A DNA stretch of 64,000 bases from Octopus vulgaris. Lineage: Eukaryota. The notes under the pieces are model-generated. The model saw only the letters and a list, made by a program, of their open reading frames with translations, did not search any database and was not told where the DNA came from. A program made the position numbers and the translations under genes. Shown piece after piece: positions 38,723 through 51,822 of this stretch. Within the stretch, counting starts at the first letter, position 1, and each line of letters begins with the position of its first letter. The DNA lies in NCBI GenBank assembly GCA_951406725.2, contig OX597821.1, forward strand, positions 55,800,001 to 55,864,000, in the 5' to 3' direction.

Positions 38723-40464
38723 ATATGTTTGACTTTTGCTTTATATTTGTACAAGTTGGCTCCAAGTCTCACCCGGAGACCTCAAGAGACAACAGGTTGG
38801 AAGTTCACGTTGTTGTTATGCCTAGTGTGCCATATATTTGGTTGTTTTTTGTGTTGTACTGGTGGATGTCTAAAAAAAAATTAAAAAATAAATAAATAAA
38901 ATAAAATAAAATAAAATGTTTGTTTTAAACCTTGAGATTTCATAGAAAGTATTTTGCGTAGGATATGAGCAGTTCCCACGAGCACTATCTTTTGAATTTC
39001 TGCCATTTTGGGGTTTCCTGGTATCTGAGTTAGGTAGTTATCAGCCCCTTTTGCTATCATTCCCAGGGAACCTATGACAACAGGTATTGTTTTAGTCTTC
39101 AGCTTCCACATTTTGCTGATTTCTATTTCAAGATCTTTATATTTGCTCAGTTTTTGGTAGGTCTTTACAGATACGTTTATATCGATTGGGACAGTCATAT
39201 CAATGAGGAGGCATGTTCTTTGTTTGAAGTCTTTCAATATGATGTCTGGCCTATTTGCATCTATCTTTCTGTCAGTGGAATGGTGAAGTTCCAAAGGAGT
39301 GAGATATGGTCATTTTCAAGCACTGGGGGTGGTTTGTGTTCCCACCAGTTTTTTTCATGGGGCAAATCCAGGTTTTTGCAGATTACCCAGTGAATATATT
39401 GTGCAGCTCTATCGTGCCTGTTGAGATACTCTGTAGGCGCTAGAAGACTGCACTTGGAGACCACATGATCTATGGTTTCATTTTGTTGTCGGCATACACT
39501 ACACGTTGGACTGCTGTTGATCTTTAATGTGTTGGCCTGGTAGTTTCTTGTTGGTAGGCATTGATCTTGAGCTGCTATGATAAACCCCTCCGTTTCAGAT
39601 TTTAAGCCAGAGGCCTTTAGCCATTGATGGGTCAGGGCTTTGTCAACATCTGCATTATTCGCTCTCTTTGGGTATTTGCCATTTATCATTCAGAATATCT
39701 AAGGCCGCAGATTTAGCACGGGTTTTCATGCGCTTAGCTTTTTCTGTGCATGTTTCTTGTATGTCTATCTCTAATTCCGAAATTTGTTGTATTCGGAATT
39801 CACTTAGATATTCCTTTGCCTGTTTTGTTACGGAGTATGATGCTTTCTTGTTTTCATGTTTTGAGACAAGTTTTAACATCCAGTCCTCAGAGTTTTTCAG
39901 GTAGGTGTCTAGGCCAATTGTAGCAATCTTCATTGTTATTGCCAGTTGTAAAAGTCCACGGCCTCGCTCTTTTCTTGGCAGATAAAGTCGTTCTGTAACT
40001 GCCTTAGGGTGATGCATTCTATGCATTGTCAACAGTTTTCGTATTTTTCTGTCAAGGTTACATATTTCAGTAATTGACCAGTTAACGATATTGTAACTGT
40101 AAGTCACGACTGGTATGGCTAATGCATTGATCGCTTCGATCCTGTTTCTCGCATTCAGCTCTGTCTTGAGTATTGCTCTTACTCTGCGATAACATTCTCT
40201 CCTGATCCTTTCCTTCATCTCTGAATGCCTTATTCCGTCTCCTTCAATTACCCCTAGATACTTGTAGTTCTCCGCTGGGTCTAATTCTTTTATGACATTC
40301 TGCTGGTCAAGGTTAACGTTAAATGTTTCTGTCATTTTTCCTTTGATAAAGGTAGCTTTGCACACTTATCGAGGCCAAATTGCATTCTGATGTCATCACT
40401 GAATTGTTTGACAATCGCTAGTAAGCCCTTGAGTTGTTGGTCATTTTTTGCAAAGAGCTTTAAA

Positions 40465-40465
<1 letters not shown>
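38723..40465 (-). mobile_element. 5'-truncated R4/Dong-type LINE (RT C-terminus to RLE), frameshifted
   Basis: DLKLFAK...FGLDKC, YKYLGV, HPKAVTERLYLPRKERGRGL, CSVC...DHVVSKC, RHDR and RPDII...IDMTVP...KLSKY. (ATT)n on both sides. Confidence 0.92.
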
Positions 40466-40500
<35 letters not shown>

Positions 40501-40502
<2 letters not shown>

Positions 40503-41160
40503 GGTTTGACTTTTGCTTTGTATTTCACCAAACGACCTCAAGATAGAAGTTCAAGTTGGTCTTATGCTAAGGCCATCATATATTTGGTTTTGTACATAGC
40601 ATTGTTCTGGAGAATGTTTAAGAAAACATAAGAAAATTATAAGATTGTTTTAAAATTTGAGATTACATACACAGTATTTTATGTAGGATATGGACATTTC
40701 CCACGAGCATTATCTATTGAATTTCTGCCATTTTGGGGTTTCCTGGTATCTGAGCTATGCAGGAATTAGCCCCTTTTGCTATCATTCCTAGGACACCTAT
40801 CACAGCAGGAATTGGTTTAGTCTTGAGGTACCACACTTTGGCAATTTCTATTTCAGTTTTTGGTAGGTCTTCATAGACACATATATGTCGATTGGGACAG
40901 TCATATCTATGAGGAGGCATGATATTTGTCTTAAGTCTTTCAATATAATGTCTGGTCTATTCGCATCTATCTTTCTGTCAGTTTGAATGGGGAAGTTCCA
41001 GAGGAGTGAGATGTGATAATTTTCAAGCACTGGAGGTGGTTTGTGTTCCCACCAGTTTTTTTATCATGGGGCAAGTCCAGGTTTTTGCAAATTACCTAGT
41101 GAATATACTGTGCTGCTCTATCATGCTTGTTGAGATACTCTGTAGGCCCAAGGAGACTGC
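40501..41160 (-). mobile_element. Older sibling R4/Dong-type 3' fragment in tandem with the previous copy
   Basis: High similarity to 38723-39450 (WNFPIQTDRKIDANRPDII; same 3'UTR start gtttgacttttgcttt). Confidence 0.88.
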
Positions 41161-41163
41161 TTA

Positions 41164-41329
41164 AGACAGACAGACTGACAGACAGACAGACAGGCAGGCA
41201 GGCAGGTAAGTAGGTAGGTAAGTAGGTAGGTAGGTAGGTAGGTAGGTAGGTAGGTATGTAGGTAGGTAGGTAGGTAGGTAGGTAGGTAGGTAGGTAGGTA
41301 GGTAGGTAGGCAGGCAGGCAGGCAGGCAG
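41164..41329 (+). repeat. Compound (GACA)/(GGCA)/(GGTA)n microsatellite
   Basis: Directly visible. Confidence 0.95.
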
Positions 41330-41460
41330 AAACCTTGCAGACTATGTTTAGAAGAGTAGAAGTCACATCTTTGAACCCAGATGCTTGTTAATAATCTTCA
41401 TTCGGATTCATTAATTTTACAAATATTGTGATGTATAGCCGAATATCCTTGCAATTGATT

Positions 41461-41855
41461 ACCACCTTGTCGTTGGTTGCGGGGCTTGTGTGTCTCAATG
41501 ACCATCAAAGCTATGCTTGCGGGAGATTTGTCTCCTTTTATGGCTACCCAACCAGACAGGTTGATAGGTAGAGACCAGACGAAGTGTACTCAACTGGCCC
41601 TCCAGGTTGGGGTTTTAGGATTGGGCTAACAACCCGGTCTAGTACAAAAACAACATACCTGTTACAGAAACCGCAACGGCACTACCAAATGGCGTAGTCG
41701 AGGAAGTGTCCTCTCCGGTAGAACGCATGACGCGAGCTGTGAATGACGTGGACCGAGCTGAAGAGGATCCCACAGAACCCGCATCCGTTGGAAAAATGTT
41801 GTTGCGACCCTATGTTCTTCGAGCAATTAAGAAGCCTCAAAGAGAAGAGAGAGAT
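41461..41855 (+). mobile_element. Bipartite non-autonomous RTE-derived element (5'UTR fused to 3' end)
   Basis: ccaccttgtcgttgg..ggggcttgtgtgtctcaatg..agctatgc and ctggccctccaggttgggg..ggctaacaaccc resemble RTE/BovB-type 5'UTRs. gttgttgcgaccctatgttc resembles RTE 3' ends. No ORF between them. Confidence 0.6.
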
Positions 41856-42795
41856 AGCGACAATAAGGTGTCATAATTTTGTACTACTAAATTTGACAAC
41901 TCAATGAGGAAATATTATTCAGTATTTGGAAGTGTTAAATACTAATTGCATAAATAATATGTATAGACTACGCTACTTGTACAAGAGATACTGGAAATGA
42001 TAATTGAAAGGGAAGTATATCTCCAGCTTGCATAATTTATATTAAAGTGAAGGCATAATCCTTCCTTGGAATATAAATAATCTGTCGAGATATGCATTCA
42101 TAGCCTTCGGCCCAAAACTATTTACATCTTTCTACCAGTTATTGCACTTGCCAACGTAGCTTACAAATGATATATGCATACATTTGATAACGCCATTTAT
42201 ACTATCAGAAATTTCAAATAATTATGAAAGAATTATCAGAATTTGTATTTTATGGAGCAATTCTGACACTAATTCTACACTCTTTATAATCACGAAAAGT
42301 TAAAAAGTTTCCTAGACTAAGTAGATTTCTGGCGCTATATTGATATGTCATGCAATAACTGCAAATGCCGATATAAATTAATAAATATGAATAAATATAC
42401 ATTAATAAATATAAATGCATATACAACTGAGGCAGAGTATCAAACACAATGATAGAAATGTTGCTTGCTCGCCTGAGCAACATAGTAACAAACCAAAACT
42501 GTAAAAATATTTTCCTGACGGTAATATAATTATTGAAAATATTCTGCACAGAAGCATACAATCAGTGACAGACACATAACAAAATATCATTTTACATATT
42601 TCTGTGTTTCCCTATTTTTCTTAACCTCTACGTGACTTCACATCTAACTTAGTAAGATGGTTTTTCATGCGGGATAAAAAAATGATTTATGGCATATATA
42701 ATTCGGTAATAACAACAGCCGAAAATGGTCAATAAATTCTGACTAATTATTTTCGGAAATTATGATAATTTCTCACGTTTATTTTTGGAAAAAAA

Positions 42796-42839
<44 letters not shown>

Positions 42840-42855
42840 CATCATTATTATTGTT

Positions 42856-44615
42856 ATGAAAAATAAGAGCAAGGGTAATATAGCTAGCAACTATAGACCA
42901 ATAACTTGCTTACCATTAGTATAGAAGCTGTAAACCGGAATGCTTTCATAAAGTATTCACGAGCACCTTGACAACCAGAATTTGCTACCAGAAGAACAGA
43001 AAGGTTGCAGGAGGAAGGTTAGAGGAACACATGATCTATTGTATATAGACAAAGCAGTTCTAAATGAAGTAAAAGCTAGAAAGAAAAATCTAACAATAGT
43101 ATGGATAGATTATAGGAAAGCCTATGAAATGATCCCACACTCATGAATAAGTGAATGTTTGAATATATTCAGTATAGCAAACAACAGAAGAGAATTAATT
43201 AGCTGTAGCATAAAGAAATGGAAAGTAGATCTATACTCAGGAAACACACTCCAAGGGAAAGTTAATATCAAAATACGGATTTTCCGATTGCCAGATGGCC
43301 AGAAATTAAGATCATTGACAGGAGGACAGAGTTGTAAATATCTGTGAATGTTAGAATCTGACAGAGTTCTAACAACAGAAATGAAAGCGAAAATTAAGAA
43401 GGAATACATCAGAAGGGTGAGGAAGCCAATAAAGCCAAAGCTAAATGGTTCGAATCTAGTAAAGGCAGTAAATACTTGGGCAGTATCATTACTTAAATAC
43501 TCAGCAGCTTTTGTAAATGGGACAAAATCTGAAATAGACAGAAGATCTAGGAAGGAATTCAATAAGAAGGGAGGACTCCCACTCGAGGGCAGGGGTAGAA
43601 AGAGTATGCCTACTTAGAATGGAAGGTGGAAGAGGGATAATAGTAAAAGACTTCGTAGAGTTAGCTAGAGTAGATATAGATTCCTATGTGGGTAATAGTG
43701 AAGAAAGTTTATTAAAAGCTGCTAAAGCCACAGCAAGACACAGGAAAACCGAAAACTCAGACGGAGTTAAAAACCTTGGTAGATTCTCAAAGATAGTTGC
43801 AGCAAATAGTAGTAGTGAGACATGGTTATGGTTGCAGAAAGGAAAGCTGCAGAGGCAGACAGAAAGTTTTTTAGTAGCTGCACAAGATCAAGCATTAAGG
43901 ACTAATTGGATAAAAGCCAAAATAGACAAAAACAAGTAGATAACCAATGTAGATCATGCAAATAAAAAGTGGAAAGCGTTACTCATATATAAAGTAAATG
44001 TACTATGCTGACACAGAAAGAATACAAGAAAAGACATGACAACCTAGGGAGAAAAATCCACTGGGACGTATGTAGAAAGCTAGGATTCGAACATACTGAT
44101 AAACGGTATGAATATGAACCTAGTAAAGTACTAGAAAGTAAGAAATACAAGATGTTGTGGGACCTTAACAATTAGACTGACAGAGTAATAGAAGCTACCG
44201 ATTTGGTAGTAGTAGATAATGAGAATAGAAAGTTCAAGATAATTGACTTTAGAGTCCCAAATGATGAAAAAAGTTAATGAGAGGTATAGAAAAAATAGAA
44301 AAAAACACGAAACTAGCTACTGAATTACAAAGACTAAGGAAAGTGCGGGTAAAATGTATCCCAGTAGTATAGGTGCAATGAGATCTATCGCTAAAGAAAT
44401 GAACAGATGGATAGAGGAAATGAGCATAAAACCCAGTTTGCTACAGTTCAAGAAAACAGTGTTATTAGGGACAGCTAGGACACTTAAGAGGGTTCTTGGC
44501 ATCTAAGGTTACTTGCTGTAACCCAATAGGAGGGTTCTTGACATCAAGGATATTTGTTGTAGCCCGATGTTAGGATTATTTTCCTTTCCAACAGTCTAAT
44601 CTGATGTATGTATAT
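42856..44615 (+). mobile_element. Decayed R4/Dong-type LINE (RT N-part to RLE, internally deleted)
   Basis: NYRPITCL, EQKGCRR..RGT.DLL.ID, WIDYRKAY..IPH, WLQKGKL..TESFLVAAQDQ, RHDN.G..IHW and GTARTLKRVL*, followed by (AAG)n. Confidence 0.88.
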
Positions 44616-44694
44616 GAAAAGAAGAAGAAGAAGAAGAAGAAGAAGAAGAAGAAGAAGAAGAAGAAGAAGAAGAAGAAGAAGAAGAAGAAGAAGA

Positions 44695-44990
44695 AATACA
44701 AGCCACTGAAGGACGAGATGGAGCATGACGAAAGTAATGGTGATGCCGTTGGTAATTGGTGCAGTAGGCGCAATTTCCAATGACTTTGAAAAACATATTA
44801 AGAATACTGGAGCTGCTGTCAGGCTCGAGATGATCCAGAAGACAGCATTGTTGAGTACAGCTCGCATTCTAAGGAGAGTATTGTCTCTTTGAGTCACAGA
44901 AGACTTTATTTGAAACCTTTAGTGATTTGTTGTTACCTGCTTTCGAGTAAAGAATAACCGGTAATTTTGAATTATCCTAGAGAGTTTCAT
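44695..44990 (+). mobile_element. RLE-LINE 3' tail fragment
   Basis: VMVMPLVIGAVG...IQKTALLSTARILRRVLSL*, ending in (ATG)n. Confidence 0.75.
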
Positions 44991-45004
44991 GATGATGATG
45001 ATGA

Positions 45005-45557
45005 TGCAGTCCCAAGCAGTGGATCTCATGGCTTTTGATATTAATTGATTAGAAGTGATATCATGTACATGTGTTGTCTTGGTATAAAAGATAGGCTGCA
45101 GCAAATATTCTTATTATTCTGCTTACTACCACAGATTTGCTCGTCGGTTGCTTGACCTTAGCTAGTTGAGCATGTCCCTTAGTGGCTGACGTTATGTACA
45201 TCACGGATCACGAGCAGAAGTAGTGGGAGAGCATCGTTGCCATGTGTTGAGAGGAATTCTTTGGTGTTTCAATAATTTACCTCTGGAAACATGGGTGTTT
45301 CGTTTATCATCCTTAAACAAACTTTATTCAGGGACCTTTTGGGTGAGATGGGGTACTCAACGACGAAAATTGTAACTGGGCCCCACCTACAAGGTTATGC
45401 ACTGCTATCTTGATATGAGACCACCATGTTGTGCACATATGGTTGTGATGCATGTGCCTAGTGTACCTTTATCAGACGGGTAGTCATGATAGGTATATTG
45501 GGCTTCGTATATTTTACCTCAGTGTCACTTTGATGGCATGCACTGGTCTCTTATTCA
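45005..45557 (+). repeat. Repeat family C, full length, ending in (AAT)n
   Basis: Colinear with 32600-33149. Confidence 0.85.
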
Positions 45558-45659
45558 ATAATAATAATAATAATTTCTTTATTATTAAAAGCCGACAATA
45601 TAACAAAAAGGGACAAGTGTGGTTTAAGAAACAAACTCGAGTATAAATAAAACAAAAAC

Positions 45660-45930
45660 AATTGACAAAAATTTAAAATCAAATTCTCAAAAAGTGGATC
45701 AAGTTCCACCCAGGCCCAACCAAGGAATTCCACACATCCTGATCACTCCGACAACCAAGAGTGATTCAGGAAGGCACCTCTCTCCTTCTCAGTCCCTCCG
45801 ACTTGCAAGCACATGTTCAGTGTAGGCCTATTCGCATGAGTCTTCCTCACTGCATTCACCCACCTTTCAACAAATTTTCTAGGGGTTGAACTTCCTTTTC
45901 ACCCTCACTTTCCTCTTCATCGTTTTGAAA
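45660..45930 (-). mobile_element. Possible L1/Tx1-like 3' end remnant
   Basis: KRKVRV...FVERWVNA C-terminus-like text, similar to 38330-38490. Confidence 0.35.
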
Positions 45931-46075
45931 AAATTGTGTTAACATGTATTTTCGGAAATATTAATTTTCAATATTTTCTATACCAAATATGTTAACACAG
46001 TAGAAAGAATTGTCGACTTTGTAAAGTGAATTCTACATTTAAAGATGACATTTTTCCATTCCTGTTTTGTGATAT

Positions 46076-46640
<565 letters not shown>

Positions 46641-47656
46641 CTTACAGCAAAAGTAGTAAGCAGGTAAGGCATCCAATGGCTGGCTGAAACGAGTAAAAAA
46701 ATAAAATTTTAAGGAATAAATATTTAACAAAACTTTTAGGAAAACGTTATTAGTAGTTATGATGTACTCCCCGTTTTGTTCAGTTTGGCGTTATTAATAT
46801 GTTACAAATGTCTTGGCTTTCTCCGAGTTATGTTTTTCATAATTCTTTTTACTTCATTCATGCATATATATTTCATTCACTCTTTCTTCCACTGAAGAAT
46901 TTATAGCTATCAGTTCCAAATTGATCGACTATGTAGTAGACCCGGATTTTTCAATGAGCCTGCATAATGCCCAGATTATACCATATCTGCTGTAGACAAG
47001 CCAAAAACCATCGCACATTATAAATGTAACTGGTTGTTGGGTGTTATTGTCGAGTGTACGTTATCTGAAGGAAGCATTGAAGCAAAAGCAGTTGAGAGCC
47101 ATTGACCTTGACTGCTCTTCTAATAATAGATTTACTATCAGAGATAAATTTCTCCCTTCTTTTGTGCAGAAATAAAACGAAAATATTTGACATTTCGTAG
47201 GAAAGAGATACATATGAATTAGACAGGGTATATGTGATTATGAATGTGAGTGTGTATTTGTGTGTGAGTGTGAGTTTGCATGTGAGTGGGTTTATGTGCA
47301 TGTGTGCAAGAGAAAGAGAGAAACGGCCTATCTGTATGTGTCTGGAATTGTTTTTTATGGGAGTGCCAAATATCTAAAGGTCATCGATCGTGGGTTCATA
47401 TTCTTTAAAAATTGGGATGTGAATTTGTTAACTAATGACATGGATATTGAGTTTAGGAGAAGGATACATTATCTTTTAGGAATCATTAGACTGCGACCAT
47501 GCTGGAGTGCCACCTTAAAGAAATTTAGTCGAATGAATCGGTCCCGGTAATCATTTTCTTTATTTAAGCTTGTTATTTGTTGTATTAGTCACTTTAGCCG
47601 AACAGCTACGTTATGGGGATGTAAACACAGCAACACCGGTTGGCGGGACACACACA

Positions 47657-47694
<38 letters not shown>

Positions 47695-47725
47695 AATGTA
47701 ATATGTGACAATTATTCGGTAGCCA

Positions 47726-47788
47726 TGATAAAACTCCGAGTTTCGGATGCCGAGGTGGAAATCCACGCCGCCATCTCTTCAGTTATCA
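47726..47788 (-). ncRNA. Type-I hammerhead ribozyme candidate
   Basis: UGAUAA-CUGAAGA-[GAUG...GUGGA UU UCCAC...CAUC]C-GAA-ACUC G GAGU-U-UUAUCA: full core, 6-bp stem I, long stem II, near-palindromic stem III and GUU triplet. Confidence 0.72.
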
Positions 47789-47853
47789 GGTCATTGGGAA
47801 AATGCTATGAAACATTTTTCATAGCATTATTCATACCATTTTCCCGATGGCCG

Positions 47854-47914
47854 GATAACTGAAGAGATGGCGTCATGGATTTCCACCTCGGCATCCGAAA
47901 CTCGGAGTTTTATC
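47854..47914 (+). ncRNA. Type-I hammerhead ribozyme candidate
   Basis: GATAA (47854-58), CTGAAGA (47859-65), stem II, GAAA (47897-900), CTCGGAGT, T47909, TTATC (47910-14). Predicted cleavage is 3' of 47909. Confidence 0.7.
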
Positions 47915-48014
47915 ATAGCTACTGAATAATTGTCACATATTACATTTACAGATAAATTCCCTTATTTACATAATAGCGAAGTCTCTTTCATTCTTTTGTT
48001 ATCTTACCATTTTT

Positions 48015-48084
<70 letters not shown>

Positions 48085-49140
48085 GCGGCGAGATTCTTTC
48101 AATTTCCGTCTCCCAAATCCACTCACAAGGACTGAACTCGGGGCCATGTGGTTAGGAAAAGATCTCCTTACCACACAGCCATACCTGCACCTATTGAGTT
48201 GTATGTAGCAAACAACTTCGTTCTGGTCTGTCTTGATTGCCACCATACTTCAAAAGTATGATGGCAATCCAGTTTTAAACCTATTTAGACGTGAGTTTCA
48301 TTCTCGAACAGGCCTACTTTTAAACAAAGAAAACGTACAGTCATTCAAAAATTCGAAATCTGAAACACTTCCAATTCTTAGTATTTTGGGTGATGGGTTA
48401 ACCGTATATGTATTGAAGCTTTTGCAAGTGAAGGAAACATAACACTGTCATCCTACAGGGTACAGTATCCGTTCGATTTGTACTGAATTTGCTCTCATTT
48501 ATTGATAAAATGCATGAAAGACAGTGTAAATAAATAAAGACAGAGGTGTTGAAGTAAAATTAATTTGGTGTTTTAACACTTCAAAGAATGAATAAATGAA
48601 TTGTTTCTTTAAAATATTTCCCATGTTTGCAAGCGGATTCTTTTCTTTTTTTATATATGACTCGCACCTTTTTCATCAAAATTTCCCTTGTTACTTAAAT
48701 TCTATCCAATAACATAAAATGTTGGCGCGTAGTTCTCACATAAAATTAGTTCACCGTTTGCACTGTAATAAAAGGTATTGGGAGAAAACGAAAATTACTA
48801 AGTTACGTGTTTCGCTTCGGTGTTCGTTATTTCTGCGTCACTATGCTTTTCACTTCTTTGAAATGTGTTGGATAAAGTTAGGAAAAATTAACTGAATTTC
48901 AATTTCCGTCCATCACGTTTTTGATGGAAATGAAGTTAGAACATAAATATATTTGAAATTACATCAAAAGTGCCAGTGAATTATTATTATTTTTGTTGGT
49001 TAGTGACGATATTTTCTTATTATTATTACTCAAACTGTAAAAGAATTCAATATTGCCTGTAGTAGTTTTATTGAAGTCGGTATTGTAGTCGTCGTCCTTC
49101 TTGTTGTTGTTGTTGCTGTTGTTGCTGCTGCTGCTTCTGC

Positions 49141-49177
<37 letters not shown>

Positions 49178-49238
49178 ATTGTTGGTAATATCATTACTTT
49201 TTATTCTATACTTTTTTATTATTATCAACATTTTTCAG

Positions 49239-49345
49239 CTCATATCGATGATTCAAGAAATTCAATTTGTAGCATTGAATGAAATTCAGTATAAAGCTTT
49301 ACAACTGCGGAACAAGAATGAGTACTGGTGTCAAGTTATGGCAAG
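49239..49345 (+). other. Candidate coding exon (LISMIQEIQFVALNEIQYKALQLRNKNEYWCQVMA)
   Basis: tttttcag acceptor, AAG|GTAAAT donor, only one open frame, ends phase 2. Confidence 0.45.
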
Positions 49346-50547
49346 GTAAATGGTTGAAGAGGTGCAATAACTAAAAATTAAATACCGATTACTAAGAAGC
49401 GACAAGTTCCCAAACACATAATTTAGAATGTATGTTACGGCATACAGAGAAGTGTTTGGTTAATAACTGCTCAAGGATTCATCAGGATCTGTTTCAAAGT
49501 GTGTTTTAACATACTGAGCATTACACGAACGAACTGCATGTGGAAGGTGGAAGTTTCCATAAATATTTGACTATTAGTTTCTTTAAAGTTATTAAACGCG
49601 TAACAATAAAGAGTATGATATCCGCAATATGTTTAGTAATTTGACAGATATAGATTTATGTTGATATATTTATAAATACACTAGCTAGCCTTTTGGCTGT
49701 CAACATCTACTTGCGATACTTTAGGCACAAACGAAGTTAATATCCAATAATTATACTGAGTGAATGTATTAAGAGAATTTTAGTTGAAACACGCTTAACT
49801 TATGAGTGATCTGGTGGTGTAATGACCACTTCATTCGGGTGGATTAGTGATGATATTATGTTATTCGATTCAAAATAGTAATAGCAGAGTGCATGGTTTA
49901 GAGTATTCTTATGTAACTAGTATTCCCGTGTCGTCAAAATTGCCGACAATTCTATTAAAGATACAAATCAACAAGAAACTATTGATAAATGTCAGCAATC
50001 TAATAAATAAATGTACATACACAGAAGTGATGTGCTTAATGAATCAAATACGATTGCAAGTTCTCGATTGAAAATATCTATATGATACATGTCTGTGTCT
50101 GTGTCTGTGTATATATATATATACATAAATACGCATACATATTTGTATATACACCTTAGCATGTTTGCAAAATTGCAAAATTATGCTTATATATACACAT
50201 GTGTGTATGCATGTGTGGATGTGTGCGCGCGCGCGTATGTTTCTTTAATTTTTTTTAGATCGATGAAATCAATAAAATATATATATAACTTGGAAAAGGA
50301 AGTAAGGGCTCCTTACTTCAGAAAGGGCAATAATAGAAAAACGGACTAAAACGAAAGAAGAGAAAATGAAAATGTGTATATGAATGTGTCTGCCTGTGAG
50401 TGTGTGTGTGTGTGTGTGTGTGTATTATCGCTCACACAACACTGACATTTAGGGTATGTTATGTGAACAATGTTTTCTAAACAAATGTTTGGTATTTAAT
50501 TTTATATAAATATATATATATGTGGGGGGGGTGAAATAGATTAACTA

Positions 50548-51779
50548 TCAGGCCATCCCATTAGTTCTGTCTTATTTTACATTTTTAAAATTGAAAGAAA
50601 TTTAATAGTATTTTGGAACACATTTAAACTAATTAAATACTATTTTACAGAATAATAGAATTAAAATCTCTTTGATTAAGACCCTTTCTAACATGGAATT
50701 ATCCAAAAAGCATTTAAGGCACATAATGCTTTATGAATACTAAAAAGGAAACACTGCAGCCGAAGCGGCTCGAAACATACACTCAGTTTATGGGAAAGAA
50801 TGCTTGAATGAAAGAACTTCCAGAAGATGGTTTTCAAAATTCAGAAGTGGAGATTTCAGCCTTGAAGATCGAACAGGACGTCCATTTGAGTTTGATGATA
50901 AGTTCCTTGAGGCATTACTTGAAGAAAATCATGCATTATCAGTTGAAGAATTAGCAATAAAGCTTAGTTCAAACCATACAGCTGCTCATCGTCAACAACT
51001 TGCAAAGGTTCGTAAACTTGGAAAATGGGTGCCTCCTGAATTGTCTGTAAGCAACCGCAAATCCCTAGTTGCCCTTCTCTCCAGTCTCGCGAATTCATTT
51101 CACCCTTTTTGGATAGACTTGTGACTGGTAAGGAAAATTGGATCTTCTAACGAAATGTTAAACGTCATAAACATTGGCTTGGTAAAACGGAAAAAAGCTC
51201 AATCACAACCGAGAAAGGAACTTCATAGGAAACAGATTCTTCTTTCTATCTAGTGGGATTGAAAAGAAGTAATTCACTTTGAATTGTTACCACCTAATGC
51301 AACAATCAATGCTCAAGTCTACTGTCAGCAATTAGAGCGTTTGAACCAATCTTTGAAGAAAACAATTACCCGCTTTAGTGAATCGAAAAGGAGTGATGTT
51401 TCGTCGGGACAATGTGCGACCCCACACTGCAAAGATCACATCACAAATGATTAAAGTGCTTGGTTGTGAAAAAATTCCTCATTAACCTTATTCTCCCGAC
51501 CTTGCTCGTTCAGACTACCATTTGTTTCGTGGTTAACAGAATCATTTGGTGGATATAACTTTCGCAAGCCAGGAAGAGGTCGAAACTGATATTTCAAAGT
51601 TTTTCGCTTTGAAATCAAAAGAGTTTTACATTGATAGGATTAAAAAGCTTGTAAATAGATGGAAGGAAGTCATAGATAATCAAGGAAAGTGCATTGATGA
51701 TTAAATTTCAATTAAATATAACATTTGATCACTTGTTTTCTTTATTCAAAATTCGGACAGAACTTATGGGAAGACCTGA
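50548..51779 (+). mobile_element. Full-length mariner element, transposase pseudogene (about 50693-51703)
   Basis: 24-bp TIRs tcaggccatcccattagttctgtc / gacagaacttatgggaagacctga (3 mismatches), TA on both sides. RWFSKFRSGDFSLED, WVPPEL, DNVRPH and YSPDLARSDYHLF motifs with stops and frameshifts. Confidence 0.95.
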
Positions 51780-51822
51780 TAAATACAATTTACACTTTTA
51801 TTTTGAGTTAACTGCCAGCGTC

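Larger units (their letters stand above)
47691..47950. repeat. 260-bp palindrome (arms about 114 bp) with a nested central hairpin
   Basis: 47691-47804 is approximately the reverse complement of 47837-47950. Inner hairpin aatgctatgaaa/tttcatagcatt at 47801-47828. Confidence 0.95.
47480..48190 (-). mobile_element. SINE family A split by an insertion in its internal (TA)n
   Basis: Tail half at 47480-47660 and head half at 48080-48190. A foreign segment 47691-48013 lies between (TA)n tracts. Confidence 0.7.

Noticed and set aside
41540-41640. HDV-like ribozyme in the RTE-type 5'UTR
   Set aside because: I could not build the nested double pseudoknot by eye. Only simple hairpins are supported.
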